Below, piece after piece: positions 1 to 8,595 of a stretch of 40,124 nt of DNA (its first letter is position 1; the number at the start of each line of letters is the position of its first letter). The notes under the pieces are model-generated. The model had not been told where the DNA came from. It made no database searches and saw only the letters and a list, made by a program, of their open reading frames with translations. Made by a program: the position numbers and the translations under genes. This DNA comes from a virus (lineage: Duplodnaviria; Caudoviricetes), in IMG/VR virus record IMGVR_UViG_3300024262_000007, positions 1 through 40,124 of that record. One strand, given 5' to 3'.

Positions 1-127
1 GTGGAGAAGGACCATATCTACGTTGGGGCATACGATGCTGACTTCGAGTATGACGGTGCAAACGCGGCTTATAACGCCGCCAATGAGAAGTTACACTCTC
101 GCACCGGTAAACAGCCCTACACAGGTA
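1..127 (+). repeat. Terminal direct repeat, copy 1 (assembly overlap)
   Basis: Identical to 39998-40124. Confidence 0.95.
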
Positions 128-1089
128 GTGCTGATTGTATCTGGAGCATACCCATAGACGACTTGGGTTTTGAACCGAATATTGGTGACGTATGCAGTAC
201 TCCAACGGAAGGCGGATTTATCATTGTCGACTACCTCAAGACAGCGGGTGCCTGGGGCGGAGGTGTGGCTGGTGATACTGCCATTATCTGGCTGAGGAAA
301 CCGGGGGATGCAACCTGCGGAATGGCCGGCGCTGAGGTCCTGACCAATGATACCGCGGTCAATACTATCGGCAACACGACGGCCGGGCCCACCGGCAGGA
401 CAGTTACCATCACTGCTAGCCGGACACTGTCCGGCAACATCGGCGCCGGCTGGGGTATTTTTAGTATATGGCCACTATCAGCTGTACAGCTATTATTCTA
501 TACGGAGTATGCTGGAGCAGACAGCCAGACGCTGGTGGGGAGAGGTATCGTTGACAAGGCCGCCGGCACGGGGTTCAACGGTGAGGTCTCAGGGTTTGAC
601 ACAGCCGATACCAACATTGGTGTCAACGGCAGTGGAGCCGGCACCGGTGCAGACGGCCTTACTCCGATAGCCTACCGCGGCCTTGAGAACCTCTGGGGCA
701 ATATCTGGCAGTTCATCGACGGCTACGACGCAGTGGATGCCGCCTACCATATCATAAAAAGGGATGGCACGGGAGCCTTTGCTAACCCGATGGCAGCAGG
801 CAACTATGAGGCGTCTCTGGCAGTCCCCATTATTGTTGATGGCTATATCAGCAATATTGTCTATGAGGACTTGCTAAAGTATATCTTCATTGCCTCGGCC
901 GTAGTAGGTTCCTCCAGTACCTATCTTTATGACTACTGGTATGCCCACAACGCTGCTGAGGTTAATATCCTGCTGGCCGGGGGCCATTGGTATGCTGCCG
1001 TGAGTGCGGGGGTCGGCTATCGTTATTCGTATGGCGTTGCGGCGAATACCTGTTGTAGGCTCGGCGCGCGGCTCGAGTTCATTGGGTAA
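1..1089 (+). CDS. C-terminal part of DGR target protein, C-type-lectin (Mtd/FGE-like) fold; putative adhesin
   Basis: YRGLENLWGNIWQFIDG and C-terminal LLAGGxW...G...GARL motifs typical of CLec-fold DGR targets. Confidence 0.8.
   Translation: MEKDHIYVGAYDADFEYDGANAAYNAANEKLHSRTGKQPYTGSADCIWSIPIDDLGFEPNIGDVCSTPTEGGFIIVDYLKTAGAWGGGVAGDTAIIWLRKPGDATCGMAGAEVLTNDTAVNTIGNTTAGPTGRTVTITASRTLSGNIGAGWGIFSIWPLSAVQLLFYTEYAGADSQTLVGRGIVDKAAGTGFNGEVSGFDTADTNIGVNGSGAGTGADGLTPIAYRGLENLWGNIWQFIDGYDAVDAAYHIIKRDGTGAFANPMAAGNYEASLAVPIIVDGYISNIVYEDLLKYIFIASAVVGSSSTYLYDYWYAHNAAEVNILLAGGHWYAAVSAGVGYRYSYGVAANTCCRLGARLEFIG
967..1089 (+). repeat. DGR variable region (VR)
   Basis: 3' end of CLec gene; NNY codons at positions expected for AAY-derived sites; 5' end matches 1135-1157. 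Confidence 0.7.
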
Positions 1090-1134
1090 AATTTTACGGA
1101 GGTGGACAAGGTTAAAATGCGAAAATGTGTCGCA

Positions 1135-1157
1135 ATCCTGCTAGCCGGGGGCAATTG
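1135..1157 (+). repeat. Truncated DGR template repeat (TR stub)
   Basis: ATCCTGCTAGCCGGGGGCAATTG vs VR ATCCTGCTGGCCGGGGGCCATTG: 21/23, both mismatches at TR adenines. Confidence 0.7.
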
Positions 1158-1168
1158 CATTAGCAGTA

Positions 1169-1197
1169 TTGACATGATTATCACTAGGTTCTATAAT
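1169..1197 (+). promoter_or_regulatory. Sigma70 consensus promoter of HNH gene
   Basis: TTGACA-17-TATAAT, then AGGAGG and ATG 1214. Confidence 0.85.
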
Positions 1198-1213
1198 AGT
1201 CTAGGAGGTTATT

Positions 1214-1837
1214 ATGGAACCAGAAGATTTAACTGGAAAGAAGTTTAACAACTTAACGGTAATTGGGTACAGCCATAAGGCTCAGTATGGAAGCTTAATG
1301 TGGCGTTGCAGGTGTGATTGTGGGAAGGAAACAATAGTAAGGTCGGATTGTTTAAGAAAAGGTAAAATAAAGTCTTGTGGTTGTCAAACTAAAAGTAGGA
1401 AGCATGGATTACATAAGCATAAGCTTTATAACGTTTGGCAAGGGATTAAGACCAGATGTTATAATCCTAAATCAAACAGGTACAAATATTACGGGGGCAA
1501 GGGGATCAAGGTTTGTGAGGAATGGCTTGACTTTAGTAGGTTTTACAGGTGGGCGATAGCTAATGGATATCAGGAGGGATTGACACTTGACCGAGTTGAG
1601 AGAAATAAAGACTATAGCCCCGAAAACTGTCAATGGGCCAGCTATCACGAACAGAATAGCCACAAGTCAGACCAAATACGCTTAGTTTATAATGGGAAGG
1701 AATATACTGTGACAGAGGCATCTGAAATAGCAAAAGTTTCGGCAAGTACAATCTATCACAGGCTAAGAAGAGGAATAAGCCATAAAGATATTGTGGAAGT
1801 GCCTCCGCAGACACAAAATAGGAGAGTGGCATCATGA
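1214..1837 (+). CDS. Phage HNH-type homing endonuclease
   Basis: DLTGKKF..WRCRCDCG..KSCGC, RCYNP..YYGGKGIKVCEEW, LTLDR..YSPENCQWA; AT-rich. Confidence 0.8.
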   Translation: MEPEDLTGKKFNNLTVIGYSHKAQYGSLMWRCRCDCGKETIVRSDCLRKGKIKSCGCQTKSRKHGLHKHKLYNVWQGIKTRCYNPKSNRYKYYGGKGIKVCEEWLDFSRFYRWAIANGYQEGLTLDRVERNKDYSPENCQWASYHEQNSHKSDQIRLVYNGKEYTVTEASEIAKVSASTIYHRLRRGISHKDIVEVPPQTQNRRVAS

Positions 1838-2169
1838 CAAGAAGTATGGTAAGCCCAGATACCATCTGGCTGAAGAAGACAGAGCTGACTGATAGTGGTT
1901 TGTTTCTGATCTTGCGAGTCCGGTCGAACATCAAACAGGTTACGGTTGAGGGCATGGATGGCGAGAGCCACCTTGAGTATGAATATGATGAAACCGAAAC
2001 CCGCTACCCGGTTCCCGAGGGGGTAACTTCAGTGGCCGATATTCAAAATCTTATCTCGACAGATACCCCTGTGGTTATCTCGAAAGCAGGCAGAGAAAAG
2101 GCGTGGCAAGAAATCCATGCTAAGCCGATTGAAGAGCTTAGGAAAGTGGCAATCATAAAGGCGCTCTAA
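1834..2169 (+). CDS. Hypothetical protein
   Basis: 111 aa, ATGA overlap with upstream gene. Confidence 0.65.
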   Translation: MTRSMVSPDTIWLKKTELTDSGLFLILRVRSNIKQVTVEGMDGESHLEYEYDETETRYPVPEGVTSVADIQNLISTDTPVVISKAGREKAWQEIHAKPIEELRKVAIIKAL

Positions 2170-2187
2170 GAGAATGAGATATGGCAC

Positions 2188-2478
2188 ATGAATTACCCGC
2201 GTTTTGGGGATATTGCAGGAGAGGAAGGGCCGCTTGACGGTGAAAAGAAGAAACTCAGTGAGATATTTGACAAGGAGATACTTGTACTCGCTTTCAGGAT
2301 AGGGAAGAGTAAGTTCCGGGACAAGAATTATGTTACGATACAGTATGAGAACGGCAGCACCAAGTATATGGTCTTTACCGGGTCGGAGGTACTCATGGAT
2401 CAGCTCAAGAGGCATGAGGGGGATCTGCCATTCTACACTACTATTGTTAAAAGGTTTAATTACTACTCTCTATCTTGA
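2188..2478 (+). CDS. Conserved small phage protein (FTGSxVLxxQL...LPFxTTI motif)
   Basis: 96 aa; motif recalled from small genes near phage DGR loci (unverified). Confidence 0.6.
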   Translation: MNYPRFGDIAGEEGPLDGEKKKLSEIFDKEILVLAFRIGKSKFRDKNYVTIQYENGSTKYMVFTGSEVLMDQLKRHEGDLPFYTTIVKRFNYYSLS

Positions 2479-2485
2479 GGAGAAA

Positions 2486-2503
2486 ACAGTATAATAATAC
2501 TGT
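2486..2503. repeat. Palindromic site ACAGTA-TAATAA-TACTGT
   Basis: 12/12 arms, intergenic. Confidence 0.9.
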
Positions 2504-2535
2504 CGAGAGGCAAATAAGCTGTAAGGAGGAGCCTC

Positions 2536-2754
2536 ATGGTAAATAAAGGAGTAATCGTACTGGGCAGCCTGGCTGTAGGCGGGGTGCTCGTTTTTGCTCT
2601 CACCCGCAAAGGGCAGGCAGCTCCGCCTCCCGGCGGCTGGTGTTGCCCTTATAACTCGGCGCACGGCTGCTTCGAGACGTACGAAGAGCTTGTGCAGCAC
2701 ATACAATCAGTGCACCCTGGAGAACGTATTCCGCTCCCCATCGAGTGGGAGTAG
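2536..2754 (+). CDS. Small membrane protein with C2H2-like zinc finger
   Basis: N-terminal hydrophobic helix; CPY...CFETYEELVQHIQSVH. Confidence 0.7.
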   Translation: MVNKGVIVLGSLAVGGVLVFALTRKGQAAPPPGGWCCPYNSAHGCFETYEELVQHIQSVHPGERIPLPIEWE

Positions 2755-2770
2755 GTAGAAGGAGGCTAAT

Positions 2771-3112
2771 ATGGAAAGACAGATGTTGCAAATGGATGAC
2801 CCCGTATTTCCGCCAAGTGAGAGCAAGACGGCCAAAGCCCCTATCACCGTAAGTCCGGCGGGGTTAAGCTGCCAGGCCGAGCTTTTCCTGGGGACAAGCC
2901 CCACTAACAAGGCGGCCACGTCCGGACTAATCCCGTTTACATCAACGGGGGCCCAGCAGTTAATAAGTCTCCCGGTTACCATGCCAGCTGCAGGCGGGGT
3001 TGCCTATCACGTTTACCTCGATGTCTACGCGGAAGGATATCTCCTTCTCGCCTATCTGGCTACCGAGGACGTGATCATTCCCAGCGGCAGTGTTGGACTG
3101 ATAACCTGGTAG
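2771..3112 (+). CDS. Ig-like beta-sandwich protein (putative virion surface)
   Basis: Paralogous to N-terminal half of 3122-3775; beta-strand pattern. Confidence 0.6.
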   Translation: MERQMLQMDDPVFPPSESKTAKAPITVSPAGLSCQAELFLGTSPTNKAATSGLIPFTSTGAQQLISLPVTMPAAGGVAYHVYLDVYAEGYLLLAYLATEDVIIPSGSVGLITW

Positions 3113-3121
3113 GAGGATAAT

Positions 3122-3775
3122 ATGCCTCAGTTTGCGCCAAGCGTTCCGAAGACGGCGGTAGCGCCGATCACTATTTCGCCGGCAGGGTTGAACTGCGAGG
3201 CGGAACTCTTCCTTGGCCCGGACGACCAGACGAAGGTCGCTACCTCCGGGCCGGTGAGCTTTATCTCTACCGGAGCAGAGCGATCAGTTAACCTCCCGGT
3301 TACAATGCCGGTAGAGGGAAACTATCATGTTTACCTGGATGTTTATGCTGAGGACATTCTGGTTGCAGCCTACCAGGCCATTGAGGATGTGATAGTTGAG
3401 GTTCCCGTAGCCGAGTTTGCCTATGTCTCAGGGATAAGGAGTTTGGGAACCTTTTTCCCTTCACTTCCCGGGGATGGGGAATGGTATAAGGTCCAAGTTG
3501 ATATTAAAAATATAGGCACCATCGCAGGCATATGCTCCATAGGCCCAGAGGAAATGCAGGTTTTGAGAGGTTATGAAGACCAAGCCCATTTTCAACCTGT
3601 TAATAGTCTTGAAGCATACGGGCAAATACCATTTAGTCAAACGATACAGCCGGGGCAGACACTAACCTTTGAATGGTGGATAGTCAGAATTACTGTTCCT
3701 TTTGTTCAACCAGTGCATGTTTATACTAAGGTTACTTCTCAAGCTGGAAGTCTCGGTCCAGTCCAAATAGCTTAA
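3122..3775 (+). CDS. Two-domain Ig-like protein (second domain CARDB-like)
   Basis: Paralogous first domain; VQVDIKNIG...IQPGQT second domain. Confidence 0.6.
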   Translation: MPQFAPSVPKTAVAPITISPAGLNCEAELFLGPDDQTKVATSGPVSFISTGAERSVNLPVTMPVEGNYHVYLDVYAEDILVAAYQAIEDVIVEVPVAEFAYVSGIRSLGTFFPSLPGDGEWYKVQVDIKNIGTIAGICSIGPEEMQVLRGYEDQAHFQPVNSLEAYGQIPFSQTIQPGQTLTFEWWIVRITVPFVQPVHVYTKVTSQAGSLGPVQIA

Positions 3776-3850
3776 TAGTTCATACCCGGGAGCCGGAATA
3801 GAGAGCAGGAGTTTTACCTGCTCCGTGCCAAGCAGGGTTTTCGCCTTAAA

Positions 3851-3868
3851 ATAGTATTGGAGTATTGT
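3851..3868. repeat. Palindromic site ATAGTA-TTGGAG-TATTGT (degenerate)
   Basis: 10/12 arms, 1 bp before ATG 3870. Confidence 0.6.
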
Positions 3869-3869
3869 C

Positions 3870-4169
3870 ATGGATATTGGTCTCATACCTGTATGGATAA
3901 CCACTACTTTTACCGCCGGTGGTGTAATTTATGCCATCGCGCGTAATGGTAGCCGCGGCAAGAAACAGGATGAACAGCTCAAGGCAGAGCTTAAACTGGA
4001 GATCAAAGTCATAAAGAAGCAGCTCGATGATCCCGAGAATGGTCTGGGCGCTATCAAAAAGTCCGCTGATGGAATGAGGCTTCACTGCGCCGAGGTCAGC
4101 ACCCGTATTGAAGCTCAGACCCAAACGAATACTGATGAGATAAACATTCTTCGTAAGGGAAAGCAATAG
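3870..4169 (+). CDS. Membrane-anchored coiled-coil protein
   Basis: N-terminal TM helix followed by heptad-like region. Confidence 0.65.
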   Translation: MDIGLIPVWITTTFTAGGVIYAIARNGSRGKKQDEQLKAELKLEIKVIKKQLDDPENGLGAIKKSADGMRLHCAEVSTRIEAQTQTNTDEINILRKGKQ

Positions 4170-4170
4170 C

Positions 4171-4188
4171 ACAGTATTTGACTACTGT
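4171..4188. repeat. Palindromic site ACAGTA-TTTGAC-TACTGT
   Basis: 12/12 arms, 1 bp after stop. Confidence 0.9.
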
Positions 4189-4193
4189 CGGAT

Positions 4194-4226
4194 AAGAGAG
4201 CGATTAAAACCCGCTCTCTTCTTTTT
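4194..4226 (+). terminator. Intrinsic terminator
   Basis: AAGAGAGCG/CGCTCTCTT stem then T-run. Confidence 0.75.
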
Positions 4227-4392
4227 ATTCCTTTGGCGCCGACAGTGGGCAGGGTGTATTTTTGGCTGCTAGCGCGTCAAGTAGTACCGCTGTGAGCTTC
4301 AGGGTAGCCTTTTCCACGTCTGTCAAAGCAGCGTGAACCTCACCGATGGCGATACGCAGGTCCAGCAGGGCGGCAAGTATCTTGTCTTCCAT
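4225..4392 (-). CDS. Small helical hypothetical protein (55 aa, below ORF-track cutoff)
   Basis: MEDKILAALLDLRIAIG...; GGAG upstream. Confidence 0.5.
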   Translation of the reverse strand: MEDKILAALLDLRIAIGEVHAALTDVEKATLKLTAVLLDALAAKNTPCPLSAPKE

Positions 4393-4441
4393 GCCAATAT
4401 CTTACTCCAGAATAGCTTCAAAATAAAGTGTCTACAGGGGC

Positions 4442-4469
4442 TTGACAAACTGTCTAATAGATGTATAAT
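4442..4469 (+). promoter_or_regulatory. Sigma70 promoter of rightward accessory array
   Basis: TTGACA-16-TATAAT. Confidence 0.8.
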
Positions 4470-4476
4470 AAGAAGT

Positions 4477-4677
4477 ATGACTGAAATTACTCTCCAAGTT
4501 GAAAACCTAGTTACCTTCAGTGAGGCGGCTAAGATATTAGGTGTGGTACGAGCCACCGTTTATAATCTAGTTGCCAAGCATAAGCTCCATCCGGTAGTTA
4601 TTGGAAATAATCGCTATATTTTGCGCGATGAGTTGGAAATACTTAAGAGAGCGAGTGACAGAGAGGATATGTCATGA
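4477..4677 (+). CDS. Excisionase-like HTH_17 (MerR-type) DNA-binding protein
   Basis: LVTFSEAAKILGVVRATVYNLV...RYILRDEL; ATG 7 bp after the -10. Confidence 0.8.
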   Translation: MTEITLQVENLVTFSEAAKILGVVRATVYNLVAKHKLHPVVIGNNRYILRDELEILKRASDREDMS

Positions 4678-5132
4678 AGCAGATGCAAATTCGGGCAAAG
4701 AATGGCCGCATCTATGAATATGATTATTCTTTTCCGCGGAATGGTCGTAAGACATCAACACACCACCCGGACTTCCAATACAAAGAGTCATATAAAAATG
4801 AGGCACTACGAAGGTCGAACTATCAGTGTGAAATATGTGCTGCCACCGATAAAAAATTATACGTTCATCACAAAGAGGGATTAGGTGAAGAAAAAACTAA
4901 GAATCCTAACAATGACCGAGGTAACCTTTTAGTGGTATGCGCCTCGTGCCATATGTTGATTCATAAGGTTGGGATTTTCCCAGACGTTAAAGCTATCCGT
5001 CATTTACGGGATAAAGGATACACTCTTCAGTAAATTGGTGAGGTTTTCGGGGTATCTCGTCAAAGAATACACCAGTTATTAAGAAGTGAAGTAGAGCGAT
5101 TAAAGAAGAAAGCTATGGCGGCGAAACCATAG
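4674..5132 (+). pseudogene. HNH endonuclease with C-terminal HTH interrupted by TAA at 5031
   Basis: CEIC..VHH..NN..NL..CASCH; GYTLQ*IGEVFGVSRQRIHQLL continues in frame. Confidence 0.7.
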
Positions 5133-5224
5133 CTTTCTAATGAAAGGAGGTCTGGCGATGGCGGGCAGACACTCTTGTCTAAAATATAGCACCACGCCGG
5201 CGCCTCTGTCAATACGGAGGCCAA

Positions 5225-5416
5225 ATGTCGGATAAGCAGCTCCGGATCCCCGGGCTAGAAACAACCCCACTATTACCCCTAATGATGAGTTACAATCCTC
5301 GTCGGAAGCCGACTGGCTGGCCGGCGGACCGGGTAACATTTCTTGAGAAAAGGATCACCTCTCTAGAGCTGGAGCTAGCAATATTAAAAATTCAGATGGA
5401 GAAGGACTATGCCTGA
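5225..5416 (+). CDS. Hypothetical coiled-coil protein
   Basis: GGAGG SD, 63 aa. Confidence 0.6.
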   Translation: MSDKQLRIPGLETTPLLPLMMSYNPRRKPTGWPADRVTFLEKRITSLELELAILKIQMEKDYA

Positions 5417-5576
5417 GAAGCTGGATAAGAATGTTATTCTCGCGCTCCTGGCCCAGGCGGACAGCAAGTGGTACACCAGCCACCCCGGGCCCATGAATTA
5501 TCGGGAGCACCTGGAGTTCACCGCGGAGTACATCGTCAAGAACTATAATAAGGAAGCCAAGAAAATCAGTACTTAG
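5409..5576 (+). CDS. Hypothetical protein (55 aa)
   Basis: MPEKLDKNVILALLAQ...; stop lies within the spacer of site 5566. Confidence 0.55.
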   Translation: MPEKLDKNVILALLAQADSKWYTSHPGPMNYREHLEFTAEYIVKNYNKEAKKIST

Positions 5577-5583
5577 ATACCGT
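5566..5583. repeat. Palindromic site TCAGTA-CTTAGA-TACCGT
   Basis: 10/12 arms, between stop and SD of dnaN. Confidence 0.75.
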
Positions 5584-5599
5584 AAATAAAGGAGGCGTT

Positions 5600-6730
5600 A
5601 TGAAACTGACTTGTCTACAGGAAAACCTCGATCGGGGCTTGAATATCGTGAGCCGAGCGGTGGCCACCAGGCCGACTCTCCCGATTACCCAGAACATCTT
5701 ACTAACCACGGATAAAGGCCGTCTAAAACTGGCGGCTACTAACCTGGAGATTGCCATCAGCTGCTGGATAGGCGCGAAAGTAGAAGCAGAAGGTGCCATT
5801 ACCCTGCCGGCTAATCTCCTGGGAGACTTTATCCATTCTATGCCGCAAGATACCGTGAGCATTAAACTGTTGCCAGCCGGAAAAATAGTAGAGTTGAAGT
5901 GTACTCGCTTCGAAGGTCGTATTCATGGGGTAGATGCCAAAGACTTCCCGCCAATTCCCGAGGTGGGGGAGGGTCTGAATACTCGAATAGACGTGGAGGC
6001 ATTAAGGCAAGCGATTTCCCGGGTGGTTATAACCGCAGCGACGAAAGACAGCCGTCCTGTGCTCACTGGTGTTTCGGCTAAGTTTAACGGTGATACCTTG
6101 ACCTTGGCCGGGGCTGATGGTTATCGTCTCTCGATTCATAGTGTGCCACTGGCCGAAGCAATTAAGGAAGATGTTGAGGTTATCATCCCGGCGAAAACAC
6201 TCAGAGAGCTCAATAGCTTATTGTCCAATGTGAAGGAGCCGGTTCAGGTGACCATCAACGCGGGGAAAAGCCAGATCCTCTTTCGTTCCAAGGATTTAGA
6301 GGTTGTCTCTCAGTTAATCGTAGGGAGCTTTCCCGATTACATAAAGCTTGTCCCCGAGGGTTTCAAAAGCAAAGTGACTATCGGTGTTGATGAGTTCCGG
6401 CGAGCGGTAAAAGCAGCTTGGGTATTTGCCAGCGAAGGCAAAGGTATTATCCGGATGGTTATCACCCCCGGCGAGGATATCCTTCCTGGAAAGGTTATGG
6501 TGTCGTCAAGTAGTGAGCAGGTTGGGGGGGATGATGGTGAGGTCGACGCAGTGGTTGAAGGAGGCGGCAGGATTGCCTTTGATGGTAAGTTCTTGAATCA
6601 GTTGCTCGGTGTCATCGATGATTCCCAGTTAGTCATGGAGATAAAGGGGGAAAGTTCCCCAGGTCTATTTCTACTTCCCGCCGATGATGCCTATAAGCAC
6701 GTGATCATGCCGACGTTTATTCAGTGGTAG
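5600..6730 (+). CDS. dnaN: DNA polymerase III beta sliding clamp
   Basis: ATNLEIAI, DFPPIP, SRPVLTGV, ADGYRLS, FPDY, IAFDGKFL, HVIMP motifs; 376 aa. Confidence 0.95.
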   Translation: MKLTCLQENLDRGLNIVSRAVATRPTLPITQNILLTTDKGRLKLAATNLEIAISCWIGAKVEAEGAITLPANLLGDFIHSMPQDTVSIKLLPAGKIVELKCTRFEGRIHGVDAKDFPPIPEVGEGLNTRIDVEALRQAISRVVITAATKDSRPVLTGVSAKFNGDTLTLAGADGYRLSIHSVPLAEAIKEDVEVIIPAKTLRELNSLLSNVKEPVQVTINAGKSQILFRSKDLEVVSQLIVGSFPDYIKLVPEGFKSKVTIGVDEFRRAVKAAWVFASEGKGIIRMVITPGEDILPGKVMVSSSSEQVGGDDGEVDAVVEGGGRIAFDGKFLNQLLGVIDDSQLVMEIKGESSPGLFLLPADDAYKHVIMPTFIQW

Positions 6731-6783
6731 GCATTAGCAGAGAACTGTAACTGGCGGCAAATAAACGGAAAGGAGGTAAACCG

Positions 6784-6924
6784 ATGCAAGCATATTGTGT
6801 GAAGTGCAGGGCTAAGAAGGAAATGAAAAACCCCAAGGCCGTAACCATGAAGAATGGTAAGCCTGCGACCCAGGGTGTGTGTCCAACCTGCGGTACGAAG
6901 ATGTTCCGGATTGGCAAGGGCTAA
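6784..6924 (+). CDS. DUF5679-like zinc-ribbon protein (46 aa)
   Basis: MQAYCVKCRAKKEMKNP...GVCPTCGTKMFRIG; AAGGAGG SD. Confidence 0.8.
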   Translation: MQAYCVKCRAKKEMKNPKAVTMKNGKPATQGVCPTCGTKMFRIGKG

Positions 6925-6991
6925 TTTCTCGACTCAGCTCCCCAGCGTTTCTACAGAGCACCAGTTGGGGGGCTGGAATGGAGAAATTAGT

Positions 6992-7009
6992 ACAGTATTA
7001 GCCTACTGT
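6992..7009. repeat. Palindromic site ACAGTA-TTAGCC-TACTGT
   Basis: 12/12 arms; left boundary of duplicated unit. Confidence 0.9.
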
Positions 7010-7019
7010 GGAGAGTATT

Positions 7020-7637
7020 ATGGTGATGGTAGCCAGAAGAACTATCAAGCATAAATGGACTGAGGATGAAGAAGATATCGTCCGGCAGCAATACAAAGGC
7101 AATCATCAGAGTCAAAAGGACATAGCTGACTACCTGAACTATGCCGGCGCCCAACCTCCTATTTCTCAGTTTGCCGTACAGGGTCGGGTAAACAAGCTGG
7201 GACTTGGGCAGAGGGAAAACCGTCGCTGGAGTGAGAGCGAAATGAACCGGCTCCGGGAGTGGACAGGTCGAATCAGGCCGGAGGAGGTGGCGGTCAGGCT
7301 TAAACGAGGAATAGTCTCTGTAATAGTCAAGCAGAAAAAGATGGGACTCTCGCTGCGGGCTAAGGACGGATGGTACACCAAGAAGGATGTGGCGGAAATG
7401 CTCGGCGTCGAGCATAAGAAAGTTCAGCGTTGGATGGATGACGGTTACCTGAAGGCGGTGCCGTATCGAGTGATGCCGCAAAAGAACGGCGGGGGACAGT
7501 GGTATATCGAGGAGAAGGATTTGAGGTGCTTTCTATTGCATTACCCGCAGGAGTTGGTGGGCAGGAACCTTGACGTCGTCCAGATCTTCGATATCCTCGT
7601 TCCTGCCGGCGTAAATGGGTATCATAGCAAACAGTAG
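7020..7637 (+). CDS. DNA-binding protein, Myb-like repeats plus HTH_17, copy 1
   Basis: WTEDEEDIVR / WSESEMNRLR repeats; YTKKDVAEMLGV..KVQRW; 205 aa. Confidence 0.75.
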   Translation: MVMVARRTIKHKWTEDEEDIVRQQYKGNHQSQKDIADYLNYAGAQPPISQFAVQGRVNKLGLGQRENRRWSESEMNRLREWTGRIRPEEVAVRLKRGIVSVIVKQKKMGLSLRAKDGWYTKKDVAEMLGVEHKKVQRWMDDGYLKAVPYRVMPQKNGGGQWYIEEKDLRCFLLHYPQELVGRNLDVVQIFDILVPAGVNGYHSKQ

Positions 7638-7648
7638 AGTAATACCGT
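7631..7648. repeat. Palindromic site ACAGTA-GAGTAA-TACCGT
   Basis: 11/12 arms; contains TAG stop. Confidence 0.9.
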
Positions 7649-7660
7649 GAGGAAGTTATT

Positions 7661-8278
7661 ATGGTGATGGCAACAAGAAGGACAACTAAGCATAAGTGGA
7701 CTCAGGAGGAAGAGGATATTGTCCGCCAGCGGTACCGGGGCACTCATCAGAGTCAGAGGGACATTGCTGACTACCTGAACCACGCCGGCGCCCAGCCTCC
7801 TATATCGCAATTCGCTGTAAGTGGCCGGATATCGAAGCTTGGTATCGGGCAGCGGGAGAACCGGCGTTGGTCAGAGAGCGAGATGAACCGACTGCGGGAG
7901 TGGACCGGACGGTACCCGTCGGCAATGATAGCACAGAAGCTCAAGAGGGGAATAGTTTCAGTAATCGTCAAGATGGAAAAGATGGGGCTCTCCCGGAGAG
8001 CCAAGACGGGCTGGTATACCAAGAAGGATGTGGCGGAGATGCTGGGGGTAGACCATAAGAAGGTCCAGCGGTGGATGGACGATGGATATTTGAAAGCGGT
8101 GCCGTACCAGGAGATGCCGCAAAAGAATGGCGGGGGGCAGTGGTATATAAAGGAAGAGGATGTGAGAGCCTTTCTTCTGAGGTACCCACAGGAACTGGTA
8201 GGCCGCAACCTCGATGTCTGCCAGGTCTTCGATATTCTCGTCCCCGCCGGCGTAAATGGGTATCATAGCAAACAGTAG
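7661..8278 (+). CDS. DNA-binding protein, Myb-like repeats plus HTH_17, copy 2
   Basis: 205 aa, about 36 differences from copy 1 by hand count. Confidence 0.75.
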   Translation: MVMATRRTTKHKWTQEEEDIVRQRYRGTHQSQRDIADYLNHAGAQPPISQFAVSGRISKLGIGQRENRRWSESEMNRLREWTGRYPSAMIAQKLKRGIVSVIVKMEKMGLSRRAKTGWYTKKDVAEMLGVDHKKVQRWMDDGYLKAVPYQEMPQKNGGGQWYIKEEDVRAFLLRYPQELVGRNLDVCQVFDILVPAGVNGYHSKQ

Positions 8279-8289
8279 TTGGATACTGT
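8272..8289. repeat. Palindromic site ACAGTA-GTTGGA-TACTGT
   Basis: 12/12 arms; contains TAG stop. Confidence 0.9.
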
Positions 8290-8331
8290 GCATAAGGAGG
8301 CTATTGGAATGATAAATGTCGTCGAAAGGAA

Positions 8332-8595
8332 TTGGCCGACAAACTTATCGAGTCCGGAGTTTCAGAGGATGAAGCGAACCAGGTTGCCTCTAAAGAGGTT
8401 GACTCCCTGGGGATCGCCAAGACCTCCACTGGTCAATGTCCTCTGGGTCATGCAAGCCCCATGGCTTATATGTTCTGCCAGTATGGCCATATGACTGATT
8501 GTCATTACCCGTTGAGCTGTGAGCAAGCTAATTGCAGTCATCACCAATCCGAGGTAATCGATGCTGGGGAGTATGCCGGCTTCTTGGAGGAGTGA
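8332..8595 (+). CDS. Cys/His-rich hypothetical protein (start uncertain)
   Basis: CPLGH..FCQYGH..CHYP..C...CSH; the SD at 8294-8300 has no in-frame ATG. Confidence 0.5.
   Translation: MADKLIESGVSEDEANQVASKEVDSLGIAKTSTGQCPLGHASPMAYMFCQYGHMTDCHYPLSCEQANCSHHQSEVIDAGEYAGFLEE

Noticed and set aside
967-1837. Functional complete DGR
   Set aside because: No reverse transcriptase or Avd ORF is recognisable and the TR match stops after 23 bp.
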